In this document: positions 7,701 to 15,100 of the stretch, piece after piece | How the letters are laid out: every line of letters starts with the position of its first letter | How positions within the stretch are numbered: position 1 is the first letter of the stretch | IMG/VR virus record: IMGVR_UViG_3300027763_001732 | Origin: an uncultured virus (IMG/VR IMGVR_UViG_3300027763_001732) | Taxonomy: Duplodnaviria; Heunggongvirae; Uroviricota; Caudoviricetes | Reading direction: 5' to 3' (one strand) | Length of the DNA: 20,000 nucleotides | Made by a program: the position numbers and the translations under genes | Notes under the pieces: model-generated | The model's input: the letters and a program-made list of their open reading frames with translations, nothing else | What the model was told of the DNA's origin: nothing | Database searches by the model: none

Positions 7701-8290
7701 TTAATTTTCTTTAACAGTAATTTCTTAGCTGGGGCCTGTTCTTTAGAGTTAGATTCAGGTTGAGGTTGATTTGGCTCTGGAGCCGAAATTCCAATTTCCA
7801 TTTCAGCGTTGGCTGTGGCAACTTTAATTGCATTTGCTAATTTAACGCAAATTTGTGTGGACTTAATGTATAAGTCTTCGGGTAGTTTGACCATTTTGCT
7901 CATAGTTTCAACTGTGGGTCTTCCAAAAGTTAATAACTCTATAGCAGCCTGTTTGCCTAAAAAGTTTACCCAGTAGTCTTGTTCGGAATCTTGCCAATTA
8001 TTAACAGCGTCCGTTAATGTTGCAGTATCTTGTTGATCTAGAATTTTTAGTAGTTTAGATTTTTCTTCTTCTAAACATAGTTTTTCAAAAGTTCGAGTTT
8101 CTGTTTCCAGATCACTGTCGATCTTTCTAATTTTATTAATTATATCTATGACAGAACGCGAGTATGCTGATCCTGCGAGATTATTAAAATTTTCTTGTTC
8201 AAAATCACTGAGAACATGAAACGGGCAAGAATCTAGCAATTCTTTATACCTGTTATTTGTTGGTTTAGCAGTTGTCTTTTTTGTGGTCAT
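7697..8290 (-). CDS. Hypothetical alpha-helical / coiled-coil protein (197 aa)
   Basis: ORF preceded by a TATAAATA late promoter, with a heptad-like central region. Translationally coupled to the glycosyltransferase. Confidence 0.8.
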   Translation of the reverse strand: MTTKKTTAKPTNNRYKELLDSCPFHVLSDFEQENFNNLAGSAYSRSVIDIINKIRKIDSDLETETRTFEKLCLEEEKSKLLKILDQQDTATLTDAVNNWQDSEQDYWVNFLGKQAAIELLTFGRPTVETMSKMVKLPEDLYIKSTQICVKLANAIKVATANAEMEIGISAPEPNQPQPESNSKEQAPAKKLLLKKIK

Positions 8291-8322
8291 AAAAAAATAC
8301 CTTGATGTTATTCAAGGTATTT
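8291..8322 (-). terminator. Hairpin plus U-run, either a terminator or an RBS-sequestering stem
   Basis: Minus strand AAATACCTTGA-ATAACA-TCAAGGTATTT-TTTT, directly followed by the ATG at 8290. Confidence 0.65.
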
Positions 8323-8325
8323 ATA
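8318..8325 (-). promoter_or_regulatory. T4-type late promoter TATAAATA
   Basis: Exact T4 gp55 consensus, intergenic, 27 nt before ATG 8290. Confidence 0.75.
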
Positions 8326-8341
8326 ATCTACTATCTTAAAA

Positions 8342-8536
8342 TTAATGTGCGTAAGGAGTAGTCTGTCCACCGAATCTAGAACTTAAACTAATTTGAGTTC
8401 CAGCTGATTGACCAATCAATCCGCCTAATGTGCCGCTCAATGTAATGTTTTGGCCTGCGCTTGGCGTGATATTAGTGTATGCTTTACGCACACGACCCAT
8501 TACAATTTCGCTGCCTGTTGCTGGTAATAATGCCAT
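8342..8536 (-). CDS. Small Gly/Ser/Thr-rich protein (64 aa), putative fibre-tip or cap protein
   Basis: AGGAG RBS and upstream GATAAATA. The MALLPATGSEI...ISLSSRFGG pattern resembles small proteins encoded after chaperone-bearing fibres. The function is inferred. Confidence 0.7.
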   Translation of the reverse strand: MALLPATGSEIVMGRVRKAYTNITPSAGQNITLSGTLGGLIGQSAGTQISLSSRFGGQTTPYAH

Positions 8537-8556
8537 TTATAAATCTCCTATTGAAT

Positions 8557-8564
8557 TATTTATC
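8557..8564 (-). promoter_or_regulatory. Probable late promoter GATAAATA
   Basis: 7/8 match to TATAAATA, between the fibre-gene hairpin and the RBS of the 64-aa gene. Confidence 0.6.
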
Positions 8565-8584
8565 GTAAATAATGATTTTGACTT

Positions 8585-8612
8585 ATAAGAAGGGAGGAAA
8601 CTCCCTTCTTAT
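8585..8612. terminator. Strong hairpin downstream of the 932-aa fibre gene
   Basis: ATAAGAAGGGAG-GAAA-CTCCCTTCTTAT, a perfect 12-bp inverted repeat just after the stop codon. Confidence 0.7.
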
Positions 8613-8620
8613 TCTACAAA

Positions 8621-11419
8621 TTAATGTAAAGTCTTTTTCATATCCTTACGAAGTTCTTCAATCATAGCTTGTTGTTCTTTGATAGCGTTAACTAAAACAG
8701 AAACAACTTTGTCATAACGAATAGTCTTGTAACCTTCGATTGCAGACTGTGTAACCAATTCTGGCAATACTGCTTCAACTTCGTCGGCCATTAGACCAAT
8801 TTGGTCCATGTGCTTTGGAAGACCCAAAGACTGAGCAAGTTCGCTGGAGTCATATGTATAACCGTTGATAGCCATAACTTTTTCTAGTGCGCTGTCAATT
8901 TTAGATACATTTGTCTTCAAACGTGCGTCAGAGTAGTAAGCTGTAATTTCACCAGTTGCTGTAAGGTTACCAGATACTGTTAAACCACCTGTTGAACAAG
9001 CACTACTTGTTGACAATGCACCAGTGTGTGTGCTTGCCAAAATAGATGATGTAACATATCCACTTGGGTTAGTACTATTATAAGGTGTAAAGCCTAAAGC
9101 TGTTGTAACATTACCACTTGTAATACCAGTGATATAACCACTTGGGTTAGTACTATTATAAGGTGTAAAGCCTAAAGCTGTTGTAACATTACCACTTGTA
9201 ATACCAGTGATATAACCAGCACCGTTAGTTAGTTGGTTTGTGTTAGTTGGGATACTGAATACACCAGTTGAACTGTTGTAAGCACCTGAACCAGCTGCGA
9301 AACTAACTGCACCACGAGCCAATGCGTCTGTGTACTGAGTAATTGTTGTTGCGATAGCACCGCTAGTAATTGTTATACCTGTACCTGCGCTGAAATGAGC
9401 ACGTACATCACTGGCACTTGGACCTGTGTAAGTAATAACACCAGTTGTGCTGTTGTAACTCAAGCTACCATCACCACCAGAATCAGTAACGCTTACTGCG
9501 CCACGTGCTAATGCGTCTGTGTACTGAGTGATTGTGTTAGTAATAACACCCGTTGTGCTATTATAGCTAATACCTGTACCAGCACTTACTGCGGCTCTTG
9601 CACGAGCGTCAGTGAAGAATCTGTTTGTAGAACCTTCAGTGATTTCGTCTGTGTTATCTTTAGCTTGTACAGCACTATCAACATAACTTGTTGTTGCAAA
9701 ACTTGCACCGTTAGTCAATTGGTTAGTGTTAGTTGGGATTGTAAATACACCAGTTGTGCTGTTGTAAGCACCGCTGCCAGCTGCGAAACTAACTGCACCA
9801 CGAGCCAATGCGTCTGTGTACTGAGTGATTGTTGTTGCTACAACACCAGAAGTTACAGTAATACCTGTACCAGCTGTGATTGCGGCTCTTGCACGAGCGT
9901 CAGTATAGTACAAGTTTGTACCTTCAGTGATACCTGTTGTACTTGGAGTAGTATAGCTGAATACACCAGTTGAACTGTTGTATGATAAGCTACCACCAGC
10001 ACTTACTGCACCACGAGCCAATGTATTACTAAAATACTTGTTTGTCACGCCTTCACTGACTACGTCAGTGTCTAAAGTACGTGTACCACCTAATGCTACG
10101 CTTGTACCATTGATAGTGATGCTGTTGTTTGACAAGCTACTATTTGGAATAGAACCTAGACCAAATGTACCAGTTGAGCTGTTGTAACTGATACCAGTGC
10201 TATTTGTAATGTTTAATGCACTACGTGCGCGAGCATCTGTGAAGTATTGATTTGTACCTTCAGCCAAGTCTGTTGTGCTAACTGCCATTGGGTAATAAAC
10301 AGCGCCATTGTTAGTAAATGTCCAAATATCAGAACCTTCGTTCCAACGTAATTGTACGTTGGCTTCGTCACCACGCTTGACTTCAATGCCAGCGTTTTGA
10401 CTTGGAGCACCTGTTGCATCACTGTTTAGCGTGATGATGTTGTCAGCCAAGTTAATTGTGTTTGAGTTAACACTTGTTGTTGTACCGCTAACTGTGAAGT
10501 TACCAGCAACTACAACACCATTGGCATCAACTGTCAATGCTGTGCTACCGTCTACTGTGACTGTAACTGTACCAGTACCTGAGTCAACAACAGAAATGTT
10601 GCTGTTACCTTGAGTAAGAGTACTTGTGCTGATGTTACCAATGGCCGTATCAACATAAGTCTTTGTGGCTGCATCGTTGGCACTACTTGGAGCACCTAGA
10701 CCGATAATTTTGTTACTGTTCATTTCGATGTTGTCACCGAAATTAACTTTGATACCTGCGCTGTCAGTAATGTTCTTACCGGCTGCAATTTGCAATGTAC
10801 CGTCAATTTGAATATTTGATGTGCTAGAACCTAATTGTAAAATACCTGTACCAAGTGTCTTGATACGAATGTTTTCGTCTAGGTCAGCAGAGAATGTAAT
10901 TGTACCAGCATCGTCTTGAAGAACTTTTTGTCCGTTAACATACAAAGAACCTGGACCAACGTAAATATCTTTCCACTGCTTGCTTGGGCTACCCAAGTCA
11001 TAAGTAACGTCTGCACTTGGAACAATGCTACCAGCGATACTAGAAATACCGCCAGTTAATGTCATACCTGCAAACTGTGGTGTGCCTGCTGTAGATAAGT
11101 TTTGTGCTGTAGTAATTGCACCAGTACTGCTGTTATAGCTAATACCAGTTCCTGCGCTGATTGCGGCTCTTGCGCGAGCATTTGTAAAATATTGTGCAGT
11201 TCCTTCTGCAACATCTGTAGTGCTTAAAACTACAGAACCTGTCTTTGTATTAACGCTTGTAACACCACCGATTTGAACAACGCTGTCAGAGCCGTCATTT
11301 TTTTTGATATAAATTAAACCGTCATATGTGTTAATGCCGATTTCACCTAGTGCTAGCTGGGCTGTCGTTGGGACTTTGCCCGGCGTAGAACTACGCTTTA
11401 AAATAATTTGATTTGCCAT
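8621..11419 (-). CDS. Fibre protein with Mtd_N-like N-terminus and C-terminal peptidase S74 intramolecular chaperone (932 aa)
   Basis: N-terminus IILKRSSTPGKVP...LALGEIGINTYDG, then Thr/Ser/Gly-rich repeats. C-terminal YSDARLKTN...IGLMADEVEAVLPELV...YDKVVSVLVNAIKEQQAMIEEL is the S74 chaperone (about 8621-8932). Confidence 0.9.
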   Translation of the reverse strand: MANQIILKRSSTPGKVPTTAQLALGEIGINTYDGLIYIKKNDGSDSVVQIGGVTSVNTKTGSVVLSTTDVAEGTAQYFTNARARAAISAGTGISYNSSTGAITTAQNLSTAGTPQFAGMTLTGGISSIAGSIVPSADVTYDLGSPSKQWKDIYVGPGSLYVNGQKVLQDDAGTITFSADLDENIRIKTLGTGILQLGSSTSNIQIDGTLQIAAGKNITDSAGIKVNFGDNIEMNSNKIIGLGAPSSANDAATKTYVDTAIGNISTSTLTQGNSNISVVDSGTGTVTVTVDGSTALTVDANGVVVAGNFTVSGTTTSVNSNTINLADNIITLNSDATGAPSQNAGIEVKRGDEANVQLRWNEGSDIWTFTNNGAVYYPMAVSTTDLAEGTNQYFTDARARSALNITNSTGISYNSSTGTFGLGSIPNSSLSNNSITINGTSVALGGTRTLDTDVVSEGVTNKYFSNTLARGAVSAGGSLSYNSSTGVFSYTTPSTTGITEGTNLYYTDARARAAITAGTGITVTSGVVATTITQYTDALARGAVSFAAGSGAYNSTTGVFTIPTNTNQLTNGASFATTSYVDSAVQAKDNTDEITEGSTNRFFTDARARAAVSAGTGISYNSTTGVITNTITQYTDALARGAVSVTDSGGDGSLSYNSTTGVITYTGPSASDVRAHFSAGTGITITSGAIATTITQYTDALARGAVSFAAGSGAYNSSTGVFSIPTNTNQLTNGAGYITGITSGNVTTALGFTPYNSTNPSGYITGITSGNVTTALGFTPYNSTNPSGYVTSSILASTHTGALSTSSACSTGGLTVSGNLTATGEITAYYSDARLKTNVSKIDSALEKVMAINGYTYDSSELAQSLGLPKHMDQIGLMADEVEAVLPELVTQSAIEGYKTIRYDKVVSVLVNAIKEQQAMIEELRKDMKKTLH
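9060..9215. repeat. Perfect 78-bp tandem duplication (2 copies) inside the fibre gene
   Basis: 9060-9137 is identical to 9138-9215. It encodes GYITGITSGNVTTALGFTPYNSTNPS twice. Confidence 0.9.
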
Positions 11420-11472
11420 TGAGTATATACTCCCTTAAGGGACGATAAAATATTCGATCTTATCGTTCGAAT

Positions 11473-11480
11473 TATTTATC
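11473..11480 (-). promoter_or_regulatory. Probable late promoter GATAAATA
   Basis: 7/8 match to TATAAATA in the intergenic region upstream of the 932-aa fibre. Confidence 0.6.
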
Positions 11481-11526
11481 TAAAACTTGAGTATTACTTT
11501 GAATTATGTTATGAATAGTGGGGATT

Positions 11527-12027
11527 TTAGAATTCGCCTGCATCCAAATTTATGTCGACTTCAGTGACTTGAGTTATCATTCCGTATTCATCTATGGTCA
11601 AGACCACACTTTTTGATCCAGAACCATAAGTTCCTGCTGTTTCTAAAGCACCTAGTCTATTTTCTCTAACAAATGTAAGTGCAGTGGTACCCAAAGTAAT
11701 TATACCAGGAGTAATCAATACCCAAGTTGTTTTGGCGTTTACATCGCCTTCTTCAACATAGACTTTAAGTCCTGCTGAAACTTCATTGTTACTGTCGGCA
11801 TCATCTGATCTTACTAATTTAGACGACGATGAATTCCACATATAAATTCCGTTTTGACTAGCAGTAGTCTGACCCACCAATAACACTCTATTTCTGTGCA
11901 CCAGATTGACATTATCAATGGTATAAATTAAAGTGTTGAGATTAATATTTGTTCGTTGAACGACTCTTGCGCTGTCCTTATAATCGGATTCTGCGCTGAC
12001 GAATTGTTTACCTCGAAAAATTGGCAT
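11527..12027 (-). CDS. Small fibre-associated structural protein (166 aa)
   Basis: Contains the common phage fibre module TID...RVLLVGQTTASQNGIY...RSDDAD...VYVEEG...ITLGTTALTF, then an AGTYGS...TIDEYGMIT repeat unit. Ends LDAGEF. Confidence 0.8.
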   Translation of the reverse strand: MPIFRGKQFVSAESDYKDSARVVQRTNINLNTLIYTIDNVNLVHRNRVLLVGQTTASQNGIYMWNSSSSKLVRSDDADSNNEVSAGLKVYVEEGDVNAKTTWVLITPGIITLGTTALTFVRENRLGALETAGTYGSGSKSVVLTIDEYGMITQVTEVDINLDAGEF

Positions 12028-12067
12028 TGAGAATATCCCTGTCGTTGTAAAACGATATTTTATAGTT

Positions 12068-12075
12068 TATTTATA
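12068..12075 (-). promoter_or_regulatory. T4-type late promoter TATAAATA
   Basis: Exact consensus, just downstream of the 12091-12115 terminator and upstream of the 166-aa gene. Confidence 0.75.
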
Positions 12076-12090
12076 CAGATTTACAAAAGG

Positions 12091-12115
12091 AAAAAGGTGC
12101 CCGAAAGCACCTTTT
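12091..12115 (-). terminator. Rho-independent terminator after the 1556-aa fibre
   Basis: Minus strand AAAAGGTGC-TTTCGG-GCACCTTTTT. Confidence 0.85.
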
Positions 12116-12140
12116 ACCAGTTTACTAATACCGTTAGATA

Positions 12141-15100
12141 TTAATATGTACCACCGTCGATTGTACTGTTTTCGTTCAAAATACCGCCAGCACTTAACTG
12201 TGCAGTTGGTGTTGCGCGAACCATGATGTAATCGTCAGCTTCCGGAGCAGTGTCAAACACGATACTTGTTTCATCATTAACTGTGTTAATTGTGAAAGAG
12301 TATGTTGGTGCTTGTACCAAACCGTTGATATACACTTGAACGTCATTGATAGTGTTGATCTCAACTTCAGTATTGAAACTTGTTGTTGTACCATCACCTG
12401 TGAAGTTTAGTGTTGTTACTGTAACTGCAATATTCTGTGCGATGAAAGTCTGTAATGCAGAGTTCCAAACCAAAGAATAACCGTCATTTACTGCACCATC
12501 ACTGGCAACGTCGGCCAAGTCAAATACGCTAGCAGCCGCAATTGCCGCTTCGCCACGTGCTACAGTGTAGTACATGTTTACGTCACCTTCGTCGATAGCA
12601 TCAGTGTTAGGCGTTACAAAAGTAAATGTACCTGTACCTGTAGCATAGCTCAAGATGTCAGCATCATCAGTTACTAAAGTAATAGCACTGGCTGCACGAC
12701 TATCAGTAAAGTACAAGTTTGCACTACCTTCGTCGATGTTATCAGTGTCTAATACGACATCACCGGTTTGTGTGTTAACACTCCAAACTGCGGCTTGTGT
12801 ACTGATAACACCAGTACTTGCATCATAATTGATGTTGCTACCGTTGCTTACACTTGCGCGAGCACGGGCTGTTGTGAAGTATAAGTTTACACTGCCTTCT
12901 TGAACTTCATCACTGTTGATACCGGCCAAGCTGAATGTGAATACACCAGTTGTTGGATCGTAAGCTAATACAGTACTGTCACCAGTTGTCAAGCTAATAG
13001 CACTACGAGCACGACTGTCTAAGAAGTACTTGTTAGTTGTACCTTCAGCAACATCATCTGTACCTAAAGTAATACTGCCACCTAAAGAAACATCTTTAGA
13101 GTTAACTGTAACTTTACTGTTAGTCAATGAGCTATTTGGGATACTTGCTAGAGCAATAACACCTGTCGCTGAATCATATGTTGCACCACTTGCTGTTGTA
13201 GCACTGATATGAGCACGAACTTCGCTGGCACTTGGACCAGTGTAAGTGAATTCACCTGTTGCTTGATTGTAGCTGAAACTACCGTCACCGCCGGCATCAA
13301 CTGCATTGAAGTGGGCGCGAGCATCGGCAGCACTTGGGCCTGTGTAACTGAATACACCAGTTGCGCTGTCATAGCTGAAGTTGCCATCACCACTTACTTT
13401 AGTTGCACTAACTGCATCACGGTAATCAGCATCAGTTGGTCCAGTGTAAGTAAATACACCAGTTGAACTAGCATAACTGAAATTACCATCACCACTGTCT
13501 TTAACTGCACTTACTTCACCGCGAATGTTTGCGGCTGTAACTTTAGCAAAAGTAAATACACCAGTTGCACTGTTATAGCTCAAAGCGCCATGACCTGTAC
13601 CACTGTTAGCGGCACTTACTGCGGCCTGAGCACGACTGTCTAAGAAGTATAAGTTTGTTACACCTTCTGCCAATTCATCTGTGTCATGGTTGCTGATATC
13701 GCTGACTTGACCTACTACGTTACCTAGTACGTTACCTGTTAGGTTACCGGTTACATCACTAGTTACACCAGCAAAAGTAACGCTGTCTGTTGTGCCAACT
13801 GCTTGACCAATTTTAACTTCAGTACCAGTTACTGTTACACCTGTACCAGCAGTAACTACTGTAATAGGCGCAGTACCATCAAAACTCACGCCTTGAATGT
13901 TACGGGCCGTAAATAACTTAGTAGCTGTACCTGCATTACCAGATACATTACCAGTTACATCACCAGTTACTGGAGATGTTACTTTAGCAAAAGTAACTTC
14001 GTCTGTTGTGCCAACTGCTTGACCAATTTTAACTTCTGTACCAGTTACTGTTACACCTGTACCAGCAGTAACTACTGTAATAGGCGCAGTACCATCAAAA
14101 CTTACGCCTTGAATGTTACGTGCTGTTTTCAATGCTGTAGCTGTAGATGCGTTACCAGTTACTTCACCAGTTAGGTTACCTGTAACATTACCAGTTAAAT
14201 TACCAATGAATGTCGGAGCAGTTAAACTAGTTGTTACTTCTAGACCACCTGTAACTTTAACACTCTTGTTGAAGTCCCATGTATCTGTACCACTTGCGTA
14301 GTTGATAGTAGCATTAGCACCGGCAACAGTAATACCAGCACCGTCAGCAACTGCGGCACTTGCGGCACCACTTGCCAATGTCAAGTTCTTGTCAGCGATA
14401 GTAACTGTTGTAGAATTTACAGCAGTCATTGTACCGTTAACTGTTAAGTCACCGCTAACTGTTACGTCACCAAAAGTAACGTCGCTAGTTGTGCTAACAT
14501 CTTGACCAATTGCAATTTCTGTACCACTAATAGATACACCAGTACCAGCTGTGTGAACTATTACGTTTGTTGAGCCATCAAAAGCTACGCCGTTGATGTT
14601 ACGTGCAGTAGCCAACTTAGTAGCTGTACCTGCATTACCAGATACATTACCAGTTACATTACCAGTTACTGGAGATGTTACTTTAGCAAAAGTAACTTCG
14701 TCTGTTGTGCCAACTGCTTGACCAATTGAAATATCACCGGTACTAGCTGAATATGTTACACCTGTACCACCACTTACGCTATTGCGAGCGCGAGTTGTTG
14801 TGAAGTATAGATTAGTGCCTTCAGACAAATCTGTTGTTGACTTGGCAGTAAATGCCGAGTTGAAACGAGTTTGTGTGTAATATAGGTTGTCACCTTCTGC
14901 AACATCATCAGTAGTCTTAGTAGCTAAAGATGTGTCAAAACGTGCTTCTGTATAATACTTGTTAGTACCACCAATTGCTTCGGCAATATCGTCAGCGTTC
15001 AATGTTTTGTTTCCGCCTAATGAAATGGCATAACCGTTAACTGTAACTTCACTGTTTGTCAAGCTAGCATTTGGAATACTTGCAAGAGCAATAACACCAG

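Noticed and set aside
9060..9215. CRISPR-like array
   Set aside because: Contiguous coding tandem duplication with no spacers and no cas genes.
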